64,000 nt of DNA. Origin: Candidatus Tayloriibacteriota bacterium (lineage in GTDB: Bacteria > Patescibacteriota > Minisyncoccia > Phycocordibacterales > PALSA-1337). Both the position numbers and the translations under genes were made by a program. Positions 37,440 to 46,908 of this stretch are shown here, one piece after another. The notes under the pieces were generated by a model. The model was not told where the DNA came from, did not search any database, and worked only from the letters and a program-made list of their open reading frames with translations. Location of the stretch: the NCBI GenBank assembly GCA_052034805.1, contig JBPOID010000004.1:23236-87235 (forward strand). The letters run 5' to 3'. Numbering within the stretch: the first letter of the stretch is position 1; every line of letters begins with the position of its first letter.

Positions 37440-38164
37440 GCTTCTTTTAGGCTTTTCTTTATATATATTTCCTGAGCTAAAGTAAATAAACTAGATACAG
37501 TCCAATACAAAGCAATTACAGCTGAGTATTTGTATGATATTAGAAATATCATAACGGGCACTATATATTTCATATTACTCATCATATTTTGAGTCATATC
37601 TAATTGTTTATTAACATTTGCTGTCTTATTATTATCTTTCTTTGGTGAATTTATAGAGAAATGTAATTGCAAATATTGAGATACCGCGGCTATAATAGCC
37701 ATTGCAGTACTTGCTTTGCTTATATCTAGAATACCTAAGAAATTCATATTTACAGTTGGTATATGAATAAAATCATATAAAATAGTTCGATTAATATCTG
37801 GTAATCCAGATTTTATAAAAATAGAGTAGAGTGCAAATATAATTGGTAATTGTATTATTAAAAATATAAAACTAGAGAAGGGACTTATGCCTTTTTCTTT
37901 ATATAAAGCCATCATTTTCATAGCTTGAGCATTACGATCATTAGCCATAGTTGTCTTTATTTTATTTATTTCTGGCTCTATTTTCTTCATCATAAGCTGA
38001 GTTATTACAGCTTTTTTAGAAAGAGGGAATAGTATAAGTCTCACTATTATAGTAAAGATAATAACAGCCACACCCGCATCAATCCAAGGTAATAAATCCA
38101 TTAGGAATATTAGACCGTTATATAATGGATTGAATATAAATAAAGTGTATAAATGTGAAAACAT
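37436..38164 (-). CDS. yidC: Membrane protein insertase YidC (short form)
   Basis: 242 aa; YidC/Oxa1 core helices; sits in the conserved rpmH-rnpA-yidC arrangement. Confidence 0.85.
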   Translation of the reverse strand: MFSHLYTLFIFNPLYNGLIFLMDLLPWIDAGVAVIIFTIIVRLILFPLSKKAVITQLMMKKIEPEINKIKTTMANDRNAQAMKMMALYKEKGISPFSSFIFLIIQLPIIFALYSIFIKSGLPDINRTILYDFIHIPTVNMNFLGILDISKASTAMAIIAAVSQYLQLHFSINSPKKDNNKTANVNKQLDMTQNMMSNMKYIVPVMIFLISYKYSAVIALYWTVSSLFTLAQEIYIKKSLKEA

Positions 38165-38173
38165 ATGACTATT

Positions 38174-38512
38174 CTACTTTAAAAGTCCCAAATTAACAAA
38201 GATTTCTTTTGTATATAATTTTATATCTTCTAAATTCAGTTTTATAATTTCTGGTTTAACTATAAATATAATGTTACCAGTTTCGGTAGGGGATATTGTT
38301 TTAAATGAGTTTATTGAAGAATAAACCCTTCTTCTTATTTTATTTCTAATAACTGCACTCTTTGAGACTTTCTTTGATACAGATACAGCAAACCTTAAAA
38401 GACTTTTGTCCTTTATAAATCTTACTATAAAAATCTTAGAATGTAGGCTTTTGCCTTTGTCTATTACTTTCTTAAAAAGGGCTTTATTAAGCCTTTTTTC
38501 TTTTGGAAGCAT
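38174..38512 (-). CDS. rnpA: Ribonuclease P protein component
   Basis: 112 aa; LPKEKRLNKALFKKV...RNKIRRRV basic RnpA pattern; between rpmH and yidC. Confidence 0.85.
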   Translation of the reverse strand: MLPKEKRLNKALFKKVIDKGKSLHSKIFIVRFIKDKSLLRFAVSVSKKVSKSAVIRNKIRRRVYSSINSFKTISPTETGNIIFIVKPEIIKLNLEDIKLYTKEIFVNLGLLK

Positions 38513-38513
38513 A

Positions 38514-38648
38514 TTAAACTACGAGCTTCTTACGTCCTTTTGATCTACGACGATTTATAACATTTCTTCCACTTTTACTCTTCTTTCTTACTAGGAAGCC
38601 ATGTGTGCGAGCTCTCTTTCTTTTTTTAGGTTGATATGTAAATGACAT
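38514..38648 (-). CDS. rpmH: 50S ribosomal protein L34 (not in the supplied ORF track; 44 aa)
   Basis: Manual translation of the minus strand gives [44 protein letters not shown], a canonical L34 sequence. Confidence 0.85.
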   Translation of the reverse strand: MSFTYQPKKRKRARTHGFLVRKKSKSGRNVINRRRSKGRKKLVV

Positions 38649-38822
38649 AATGGAAATAGCATACATTACGAGAGACAAAAACGCAAGGATTAAGAAAATT
38701 TTCTATTTTCACACAATCCACATGTTATCAACATATTTATTCGCCTTACACAAGTTTGATATTTTTTAAACAAGTATATACTAGTAGTATTATTTTTATT
38801 TTTATCAAACGCAAACACTAAA
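38649..38822. promoter_or_regulatory. rpmH-dnaA intergenic region with DnaA boxes (TTATCAACA at 38725-38733; near matches CAATCCACA and TTATCAAAC); left part of oriC / dnaA promoter
   Basis: 9-mers matching TTATNCACA found by reading the sequence. Confidence 0.5.
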
Positions 38823-40166
38823 ATGAATGATCAAGATAAACTTTGGGAAAATGCTTTGGTAGAAATAGAGCTTGCTGTATCGCAAGCGAACTTTTCTACA
38901 TGGTTCAAAGATACATTCCTATTAAAGCAGGAGGATGGGGTAGTTTATCTAGGAGTTCCTAATTCTTTTACAAAAGATTGGCTATACAAGAAATTTCATA
39001 ATGTTATTTTGAGATCATTGAGAAAAATGGATGAACAAATACGTTCTTTGGACTATATAATAACCAAAGATAGTGAGAAAAAGGCCAATATGAACAAGAA
39101 ATCATCCGCAACTCCTACTATATCTATGCCTCTTCAAGATTTTTATATAAATAGAGATGATAATTTGAATCCTAGATATGTATTTGATTCATTTGTTGTT
39201 GGCCCATTCAATGAATTAGCTCATGCAGCATCAAAAACTGTAGTCAAAAGTCCAGGAACAGCTTATAACCCTCTATTTATATATGGAAATACGGGTCATG
39301 GTAAAACACATTTAATACAAGCCATAGGTAATCATATAAAACATGATTTTCCAGATAAAAAAGTGTTTTATCTGACATCAGAAAGATTCGGATCTGAATA
39401 TTTCAATGCATTACAAACAAACAAAGCCCAGCAATTCAAAGAAAAATATAGAAAATACGATGTTATTATCATGGATGATGTTCAGTTTTTCTCTGGTAAA
39501 GACAAATTCCAAGAAGAATTCTTCTATTTATTCAATACTTTTCATGAAAGCAATCGTCAATTGGTATTTTCTTGTGATAAACATCCAAACTTTATACCTG
39601 GACTAGAAGATAGAATAAAATCTAGATTCAACGCTGGTATGATAATAGAATTACCAGCTCCAGACAAAGAATCACGTATAGCAATACTGAAAGCCAAGAG
39701 CTTGAACAGTAATGTAATACTTGAAGATCAAACACTTGAATTCCTTGCCGAAAATATAGAGAGTAATGTTAGGGAATTAGAGGGTGTTGTTAATGCAGTT
39801 GTATGTCAAACTCAATTAAAAAAGAGACCTTTGTCTATCTTGGAGGTAAAAAACCTAGTTAAAAACAGTACAAAACCAAAAAAGAATATATCTATAAAAG
39901 ATGTTGTTAAGATTATATCTGATTTTTATAATATAGATGAAGAAAGTGTTTATGATAAGACAAGAAAAAAGGAAGTTGTTAAGCCAAGACAGATTATTAT
40001 GTATATTCTAAGAGAAGATCTGAATGTTTCTTTCCCATCGATAGGGGAGAAAATAGGTGGTCGAGATCATACAACAGTTATACATTCATGTGAAAAAATA
40101 AAAGAGGATTTAAAAAATAATCAGATTTTAGTCGATGAGATTTCACAGATACGGTCAATGTTGTAG
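38823..40166 (+). CDS. dnaA: Chromosomal replication initiator DnaA
   Basis: 447 aa; AAA+ Walker A GNTGHGKTHL, DnaA domain IV at the C-terminus. Confidence 0.95.
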   Translation: MNDQDKLWENALVEIELAVSQANFSTWFKDTFLLKQEDGVVYLGVPNSFTKDWLYKKFHNVILRSLRKMDEQIRSLDYIITKDSEKKANMNKKSSATPTISMPLQDFYINRDDNLNPRYVFDSFVVGPFNELAHAASKTVVKSPGTAYNPLFIYGNTGHGKTHLIQAIGNHIKHDFPDKKVFYLTSERFGSEYFNALQTNKAQQFKEKYRKYDVIIMDDVQFFSGKDKFQEEFFYLFNTFHESNRQLVFSCDKHPNFIPGLEDRIKSRFNAGMIIELPAPDKESRIAILKAKSLNSNVILEDQTLEFLAENIESNVRELEGVVNAVVCQTQLKKRPLSILEVKNLVKNSTKPKKNISIKDVVKIISDFYNIDEESVYDKTRKKEVVKPRQIIMYILREDLNVSFPSIGEKIGGRDHTTVIHSCEKIKEDLKNNQILVDEISQIRSML

Positions 40167-40388
40167 AGAATATGTTGATAAGACTGTTAATAAGTTGTGA
40201 TGGTGTTGTTTAAAAAGCTAATTATAAAGTGAATTAAAATAATTTAAGTAAAGTTATGAAAAATTATTATTTATTTATCAACAACTTAACTAATGAAAAT
40301 ATATTGATAAATAGAGACAGAATGTACTTATCAACATATCCACAGGACTAATAATAGTAATAAATTATATTTAAATAAATACAAAATT
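40167..40388. promoter_or_regulatory. dnaA-dnaN intergenic oriC candidate: at least four DnaA boxes (cTTATCAACA reverse at 40173-40181; TTATCAACA at 40275-40283 and 40328-40336; aTATCCACA at 40337-40345) with AT-rich unwinding tracts
   Basis: Box 9-mers read directly; location between dnaA and dnaN is classical. Confidence 0.6.
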
Positions 40389-41492
40389 ATGAGGATAGAA
40401 TGTTCACAAGAAAAAATAAAAGAAGCAATATCAATATCAAGACATATAATAGGGAAGAATATGACACTCCCTGTTCTTTCTTGTTTTCTTATAGAAACAA
40501 ATAAAAATAATAGTTTAATTATTAAATCAACAAATTTAGATTTAGGAATAGAGGTAGAGATACCAGCTAAAGTCATCGAGAGTGGGTCTATAGCAGTCCC
40601 AGGACAGACTTTATCATCATTTATAGATAATACCTCGGATAATGAAAAAATAATCAAAATAGAAGAAGATAAAGGCAATGTTAAAGTTATAACATCAAAA
40701 AATTCAGGAATAATAAAAACATTATCTACAGACGATTTCCCAAGTATTCCACATATAGAAAGTGACAATAAATTTACTTTATCTGCTTCTGATTTTGTAA
40801 AAGGATTAAAATCTACATGGTATAGCTCTTCTATATCAAATATAAAACCAGAATTATCTAGTGTTTATATATATTGTGAAGATGAATTTGTAACTTTTGT
40901 TGCTACAGATTCATTTCGTCTTGCTGAAAAGAGAATAAAAATGAGAAAAAGTAAGGATTTCGGTCAAATTCTTATTCCATACAAGAATATTCCTGAAATA
41001 ATAAGAGTTTTAGAAAAAATAAATAGTGATATAGAAGTTTGTTTGGAGAAAAATCAAATATCTTTTAATTATAATGGTATATATCTAACATCTAGAGTTA
41101 TAGATGGAGTTTTTCCTGATTATAAACAGATTATACCTAAACAAAGTCTCACAGAAATAATCGTATTAAAACAAGATCTTATAAATGCTTTGAAATTATC
41201 AAATGTTTTTTCTGATAAATTTAATCAGGTTAATATAAATGTTTCTTCTCTTAAGAAATGTGAAATAAAGACTAAAAATAATGATATAGGAGAGAATATA
41301 AGTCTAATAGATGCTTCTATAAAAGGGGAGTTGATAGATATTAATTTTAACTATAAATATATAATAGACTGTTTTCAATCAATAGATTCTGATAGTGTCA
41401 CTTTGATATTGAATGGTCCTCATAGACCAATGATAATATCTCCAATATCTGATAAAACATTCAGATATATAGTCATGCCTATGAATAGATAA
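40389..41492 (+). CDS. dnaN: DNA polymerase III beta sliding clamp
   Basis: 367 aa; three-domain beta-clamp; position after dnaA. Confidence 0.9.
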   Translation: MRIECSQEKIKEAISISRHIIGKNMTLPVLSCFLIETNKNNSLIIKSTNLDLGIEVEIPAKVIESGSIAVPGQTLSSFIDNTSDNEKIIKIEEDKGNVKVITSKNSGIIKTLSTDDFPSIPHIESDNKFTLSASDFVKGLKSTWYSSSISNIKPELSSVYIYCEDEFVTFVATDSFRLAEKRIKMRKSKDFGQILIPYKNIPEIIRVLEKINSDIEVCLEKNQISFNYNGIYLTSRVIDGVFPDYKQIIPKQSLTEIIVLKQDLINALKLSNVFSDKFNQVNINVSSLKKCEIKTKNNDIGENISLIDASIKGELIDINFNYKYIIDCFQSIDSDSVTLILNGPHRPMIISPISDKTFRYIVMPMNR

Positions 41493-41502
41493 TATTATTA
41501 TA

Positions 41503-41760
41503 ATGAAAAGTGTTGGAAATTTTCTAGATAAATTCAAAAATAGAGCCGTAAAAGAGATTTATAATAGAGAAATAATATCTAAAATAATTAAAGATCTATC
41601 AAATATTGATATTGATATCAAAAATATAAATATTTCTAATGGTGTATTAAAAATAAAATTATCTTCTATTGAAAAAAGCGAGATTTTTCTTAAAAAACAT
41701 CAAATTTTAAAAGAAATAAATAAAAAAATAGATAATATAAAAGATTTGGATATCAAATAA
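41503..41760 (+). CDS. DUF721/DciA-like small protein
   Basis: 85 aa; SNGVLKIKLSSIEKSEIFLKKHQILKEINKKI fits the DUF721 core pattern (G.L.v.v.ss.w..EL..k...il.kiN); genomic position right after dnaN is typical for DUF721/DciA genes. Confidence 0.5.
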   Translation: MKSVGNFLDKFKNRAVKEIYNREIISKIIKDLSNIDIDIKNINISNGVLKIKLSSIEKSEIFLKKHQILKEINKKIDNIKDLDIK

Positions 41761-41761
41761 A

Positions 41762-44287
41762 TTAATCACTCATAGTAACTCCAACAGAAGCTTCTCCTTT
41801 GTTTAAAATACTATCGTAAACTATTACTTTTATTATATTTTTACCATTTTCCATTCCTGCATCTTGAGGTATGAAGGATATTGATCTAGGATTATTCTCA
41901 TTTGTAGATATATATCTATCATTGATGTATAACTCTGTTTTTTTAACAGGATATTTGCTATTCACTACTAAATCTACTTGTATTCTTTGTTGAGTTTTAA
42001 ATGATGTATCTTCTGCTGGTGAATTTATGGATACTTTAGGGAAATTTTCTGGAATATGAACATCATCTTTTTCTACTGGTATATTTAGATTTGTTGATTC
42101 TATGAAATCAGGATTTGATTTTTTCCAATTATCAAACCAATTTCTTACACCATATTCCCAATAGCTATACTGTGAATCATTATCTGGATTTGTTGGTATG
42201 GCGCCGTTTATATTATTTTTATCTACCCATTGTAATATAGAATGAACGCCATTCAGTACAATTTCTTGTTTTAATTCATCTGGAGTATATTCTGTAGCTA
42301 ATTTCTTTGAAACACTATCTATTTTATAAGAAATTCCACCTTTCCATATACCTCTTAGTACTGGTTTTAAATCATTTGATAATGGTTCTGGTTTATTGAA
42401 AAATTCTTTAGGTATAGAAGAATTTATTTGAGCCAAATAAGCACCCCATACTGGAGCTATAATAAGTCCTGCTACTTTCTTTTCCATAGGGGTATTGTCA
42501 TTTCTACCTGCCCAGAATCCAATAGCGACACTAGGAGTATATCCTTCTATCCAAACATCTCTATAATCATTTGTTGTTCCTGTTTTGATTGCTACTTGTT
42601 TGCCTCCTATTGCCTCTACATAGGGATTTAAATAGGGGAGACGAACTTTTGTATCTGATAATATATCAGATATCTTTCTAGCGATTTCTCCAGGTATGCC
42701 TTGTGTTGGATAATCTTTTGCTTCTTCTAATAATTTTCCATTACTATCTTCTACTTTGAGTATTGATCTATAAGGATTTCTTATTCCATCATTTGCAAAT
42801 ACTCCATAAGCACTGGTTAATTCTAATAATGAAACTTCACCACCTCCAAGCACAAGGGTTAAACCATATCTATCTGGTTCTGTAAGACTTGTTATACCCA
42901 TGCTCTGTGCTGTAGCTATAGAATCTTTTATACCACTGAGATAAAGAGCTTTAACTGCGGGTATATTTCTTGATTGTGCCAATGCTTGTCTTATTGTCAA
43001 AGGCCCTTCATAAATACCATCGTATTCTTCGGGCGAATAACATTTTTTTGGATCAACTCCTGGTTTTGGATTTCCTTCTACTGTACATTCTTGAGAAAAT
43101 TCTGTTTTTGTATCAAATAATACAGTTTCCGGTGTATATCCTTTCATAAAAGAAGTTGCATAAACAAAGGGCTTAAATGTTGAACCTGGTTGTCTGTGTG
43201 CTGTAGCAACATTAAAGTTGCCATCTATTTCTTTATCAAAATAATTTCTAGATCCAACCATAGATAGAATATCTCCATTCTTTGGATTAATAGCTACCAT
43301 GGCTATATTATTTGCTTTAAAGTTTTCTTCTAATGTTGGAGCGAATTTCGATATAACACCCTCAGCTTTTTGTTGCATATCATAATCAAGAGTTGTTATA
43401 ACTTTTAATCCACCTTCTTCTACCATATTTTCTCCATATTTATCTGTAAGATAATCTTTTACATACATTACAAAATGGGGAGCTCTTATTCCTGATGAAT
43501 CATTCTTTAAGAATTCAACTTTTTCTTTTAATGCATCTTTGTATTCAGAATCAGTTATGTATTTATACTGTTTCATCTTTTCCAATACTAATCTCTGTCT
43601 AGCATCTAAGCTGGATTTGTTCTTTCCATAAGGAGAATAAAATGTTGGAGCCTGTGGTATAGCGGCTATATAGGCGGCTTCGGCTAGTGTAACGTCTTTG
43701 GCTGATTTGCCAAAAAACATTTTACTTGCTTCTTCTACTCCGTATATATTTCCTCCATAAGGGTTTTCATTCAGATAAGTATCGAAAATTTGTTCTTTAG
43801 ACAAAACCTTTTCTAGTTTTATAGAAAGTATCCATTCTTTTAGTTTTCTAGTTATTGTTTTGTCTTTTGTTAATATTGAGTTTTTTACAACTTGTTGAGT
43901 TATTGTAGATCCACCCTGAACACTACCTCCACCCATTATATTTGCAATAATTGCTCTTATTATTGAACTTGGTTGTATTCCTTTATGATTATAGAAATCA
44001 ATATCTTCTATAGAAATTGTTGCATCTTTTATATATTTTGATATTTCAGCAAAAGGTATAACTGTTCTTTTTGCTTCGCTGTGTACATCATATAGGAGTA
44101 TTTGGCCAGTTTTGTCATATATTTTCGTAGACTGAGCAACTTTTCTTGATTCGAATGCACTCAAATCAGGTATTTTCAATGTTGAAAACCATATAATCCC
44201 TATTCCTAGGATTATTAGAGACATCGATATTGCGAGTACTATTAGAGATTTTATGTGTTTTAGCCACCAAGGGCGACGACGAGCCAT
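41762..44287 (-). CDS. Class A penicillin-binding protein (transglycosylase plus transpeptidase) with a C-terminal extension
   Basis: 841 aa; GT51 motifs (EDIDFYNHKGI, GGSTITQQ), transpeptidase SxxK / SxN / KTGT motifs. Confidence 0.9.
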   Translation of the reverse strand: MARRRPWWLKHIKSLIVLAISMSLIILGIGIIWFSTLKIPDLSAFESRKVAQSTKIYDKTGQILLYDVHSEAKRTVIPFAEISKYIKDATISIEDIDFYNHKGIQPSSIIRAIIANIMGGGSVQGGSTITQQVVKNSILTKDKTITRKLKEWILSIKLEKVLSKEQIFDTYLNENPYGGNIYGVEEASKMFFGKSAKDVTLAEAAYIAAIPQAPTFYSPYGKNKSSLDARQRLVLEKMKQYKYITDSEYKDALKEKVEFLKNDSSGIRAPHFVMYVKDYLTDKYGENMVEEGGLKVITTLDYDMQQKAEGVISKFAPTLEENFKANNIAMVAINPKNGDILSMVGSRNYFDKEIDGNFNVATAHRQPGSTFKPFVYATSFMKGYTPETVLFDTKTEFSQECTVEGNPKPGVDPKKCYSPEEYDGIYEGPLTIRQALAQSRNIPAVKALYLSGIKDSIATAQSMGITSLTEPDRYGLTLVLGGGEVSLLELTSAYGVFANDGIRNPYRSILKVEDSNGKLLEEAKDYPTQGIPGEIARKISDILSDTKVRLPYLNPYVEAIGGKQVAIKTGTTNDYRDVWIEGYTPSVAIGFWAGRNDNTPMEKKVAGLIIAPVWGAYLAQINSSIPKEFFNKPEPLSNDLKPVLRGIWKGGISYKIDSVSKKLATEYTPDELKQEIVLNGVHSILQWVDKNNINGAIPTNPDNDSQYSYWEYGVRNWFDNWKKSNPDFIESTNLNIPVEKDDVHIPENFPKVSINSPAEDTSFKTQQRIQVDLVVNSKYPVKKTELYINDRYISTNENNPRSISFIPQDAGMENGKNIIKVIVYDSILNKGEASVGVTMSD

Positions 44288-44315
44288 GGCAAAATTGTAC
44301 CATACATGTTAAATT

Positions 44316-45548
44316 ATGTGCATGTTCGATATAAACAATAAGAATGTTATAAAAGATGAAAATAAGATAAACGAATTAATTTCTCGTGGTGTAGAGAATA
44401 TTTTTCCAAATAAAGATTTCTTGAAATCAAGATTGATGGAAGGCAAAAGATTAACTTTTTATCTCGGTATAGATCCAACAGGCAAGACTTTGCATTTGGG
44501 TCATGTTATACCACTTAGGAAACTCGCTAAATTACAAAATTTAGGTCATCAAATAATATTACTTATAGGTGATTTCACCGCTATGATAGGTGATCCCACA
44601 GACAAAACAGCAACAAGAAAGAAACTTACTCGTAAAGAAGTTCTAGATAATTGTAAAAGTTATAAGAAACAAGCATCGAAGTTTATTTCTTTTTCTGGAT
44701 CAAATAAAGCTTTGCTCAAATTTAATTCAAAATGGTTTAATAAAATGAATTTCAGTGATGTTCTGGATCTAACCTCTCTTATGACTGTGGAACAAATGTT
44801 GAAAAGAGATATGTTCGCAAAGAGAATGGAAGAAGGTAAACCTGTATATATACATGAATTCCTATACCCTCTAATGCAAGGTTTCGATTCTGTTTCTATG
44901 GATGTTGATGGGGAAGTGGGTGGTAATGATCAAACATTCAATATGTTAACTGGTAGAGATTTATTAAAAACTCTTAAAAATAAAGAGAAATTCGTTATAG
45001 CTACAAAACTTCTCGCTGATTCATCAGGATTGAAAATGGGTAAAACAGAAGGAAATATGGTTAGTTTGGATCAGACTTCAGAAGATATGTTCGGAAGAGT
45101 TATGAGTTGGGATGATAAGCTCATATTACCAGCATTCGAAATGCTTACCGATATTCCTATGCAAGAAATAGATTCAATAAAATCTAATATGCAAAATGGT
45201 TCCAATCCTCGTGATTTCAAAGTAAAACTTGCAAAAGAAATAGTATCAATGATTTTTGATAATAAAATAGCCGAAAAAGCTCATGAATCATTTGAAAATA
45301 CTTTTCGTAAAGGCGAAGTACCAGAGAATATACCAGAAATAATTATTCCTAATGGAAATATTATAAAAGAAGCAATTGTTAATTCAAAAATAGTTTCTTC
45401 TAATACTGAATGGAGAAGATTGATAGATGAAAATGCTATATCAATAATGAATACTAATGAAATAATAAAAGACCCTTATATAAAAGCAGATAAGGATCTA
45501 ATATTGCGAATAGGTAAGAAAAGATTCGTAAAGATAATAGTTAAATAG
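44316..45548 (+). CDS. tyrS: Tyrosine--tRNA ligase
   Basis: HIGH-type motif LHLGH, KMSKS-type KMGKT, C-terminal S4-like domain; 410 aa. Confidence 0.9.
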   Translation: MCMFDINNKNVIKDENKINELISRGVENIFPNKDFLKSRLMEGKRLTFYLGIDPTGKTLHLGHVIPLRKLAKLQNLGHQIILLIGDFTAMIGDPTDKTATRKKLTRKEVLDNCKSYKKQASKFISFSGSNKALLKFNSKWFNKMNFSDVLDLTSLMTVEQMLKRDMFAKRMEEGKPVYIHEFLYPLMQGFDSVSMDVDGEVGGNDQTFNMLTGRDLLKTLKNKEKFVIATKLLADSSGLKMGKTEGNMVSLDQTSEDMFGRVMSWDDKLILPAFEMLTDIPMQEIDSIKSNMQNGSNPRDFKVKLAKEIVSMIFDNKIAEKAHESFENTFRKGEVPENIPEIIIPNGNIIKEAIVNSKIVSSNTEWRRLIDENAISIMNTNEIIKDPYIKADKDLILRIGKKRFVKIIVK

Positions 45549-45572
45549 GATAATATAATTATATTGTATATA

Positions 45573-45767
45573 TTATTCTTCCCATTTGTCACCAAAAGGG
45601 TTTATTTCCTCATCATCTAATATAGCTTCATCATCTAGGGAAACTTCATCCTCGGCTTCTATTATTTCTGGATCTATATCTTTTTCTTCTGTGTCTACGT
45701 TTATTATTTTTTCTTCCTCTGTAACTTCCTCCTTTTTCTTTTTCTGTGTCTTTGTTGTTTTTGGCAT
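45573..45767 (-). CDS. Small highly acidic hypothetical protein
   Basis: 64 aa, D/E-rich; weak call. Confidence 0.3.
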   Translation of the reverse strand: MPKTTKTQKKKKEEVTEEEKIINVDTEEKDIDPEIIEAEDEVSLDDEAILDDEEINPFGDKWEE

Positions 45768-45829
45768 ATTATTTATAACAAATTATTTTTATTTCAATAG
45801 TTGTAACAAAATGCTAAAAATTTTGCAAA

Positions 45830-46318
45830 TCACTTAATCTGTGGAAAACTTTTTATATCATAAGCTATACATGTGAGAGCTATGGCGATAGCGTCGTATT
45901 CATCATCCTTTGTAGATTTTTTTGGCAATTTTATAAGTAATGGAAGCATTTTCATAACACTTGTTTTGTCACTTCTACCATTGCTCGTTATAGCCATCTT
46001 TACTTGTAGGGGAGTGTATTCATAAACCAATAGGTTTTTACAAATAGCCTCATATATTATGACACCACGCGCTTCGGAGACTCGCATTGCTGTCTTTTGA
46101 TTTTTCGCTATGAACAATGACTCTATGGCCATTATTTCTGGAGAATATTTTTCTATTATATCTTTAACTCTTGTACCGATTTTTCTAAGTCTTTCTAAGA
46201 AAACTTCTTTTGAAGAAGTTTCGAAACATTCTGAATATATAACTTCATCTTTCTGTCCTTTTTCTATAATAGCTATACCTAATCTGTCATATCCAGGATC
46301 TATTCCTAATATTCTCAT
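45830..46318 (-). CDS. ruvC: Holliday junction resolvase RuvC
   Basis: MRILGIDPGYDRLGIAIIE... RNase-H-like RuvC N-terminus; 162 aa. Confidence 0.9.
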   Translation of the reverse strand: MRILGIDPGYDRLGIAIIEKGQKDEVIYSECFETSSKEVFLERLRKIGTRVKDIIEKYSPEIMAIESLFIAKNQKTAMRVSEARGVIIYEAICKNLLVYEYTPLQVKMAITSNGRSDKTSVMKMLPLLIKLPKKSTKDDEYDAIAIALTCIAYDIKSFPQIK

Positions 46319-46329
46319 ATAATATTTAT

Positions 46330-46860
46330 CTATTCAGCATTAGTAAATACATCTTGAACTTCATCATTTTCTTCTAATTCTTCTACTAGACTTTGTAATT
46401 TCTCTATATCGACATCTTCTAGGGGCATTGTACTATTTGCTACCCAGCCTTCATGAGTTTTCTTGAATGCCCAAGACGCACTACCTGGTGAAGCTAATTC
46501 TGCACCATGTTTCGCTAATATAGCTTTTACTTCTTGAGCGGCTTTATTTCTATTATCAGTCAATGCTTCTATGAGTATTGCGATACCACCTGGACCATAG
46601 GATTCATAGACTATATTTTCCATGGTTGCGCTATTATCTGTACTACCTTTCTTTATTGCACGATCTATTGTGTCATTCGGCATATTTTCTTTCTTTGCTT
46701 TTTCTATAGCCAAAGCTAAACCAGGAGATTTCATATTACCTTTTGCTTTTTTGGCTTCAACTGTTATGAATCTAACTAATTTACCGAATATTTTGCTTTT
46801 CTGAGCATCGTTTTTTGCTTTCTGATGTTTTATTTTTGAAAATTTATTATGTCCTGACAT
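46330..46860 (-). CDS. yebC: YebC/PmpR-family protein (shortened, 176 aa)
   Basis: MSGHNKFSKIKHQKAKNDAQKSKIFGKL...; classical position between ruvC and ruvB. Confidence 0.8.
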   Translation of the reverse strand: MSGHNKFSKIKHQKAKNDAQKSKIFGKLVRFITVEAKKAKGNMKSPGLALAIEKAKKENMPNDTIDRAIKKGSTDNSATMENIVYESYGPGGIAILIEALTDNRNKAAQEVKAILAKHGAELASPGSASWAFKKTHEGWVANSTMPLEDVDIEKLQSLVEELEENDEVQDVFTNAE

Positions 46861-46908
46861 GGTTTTTTTCTATTATTTTATAATTTTTATATTACAGATA
46901 AATCAATT

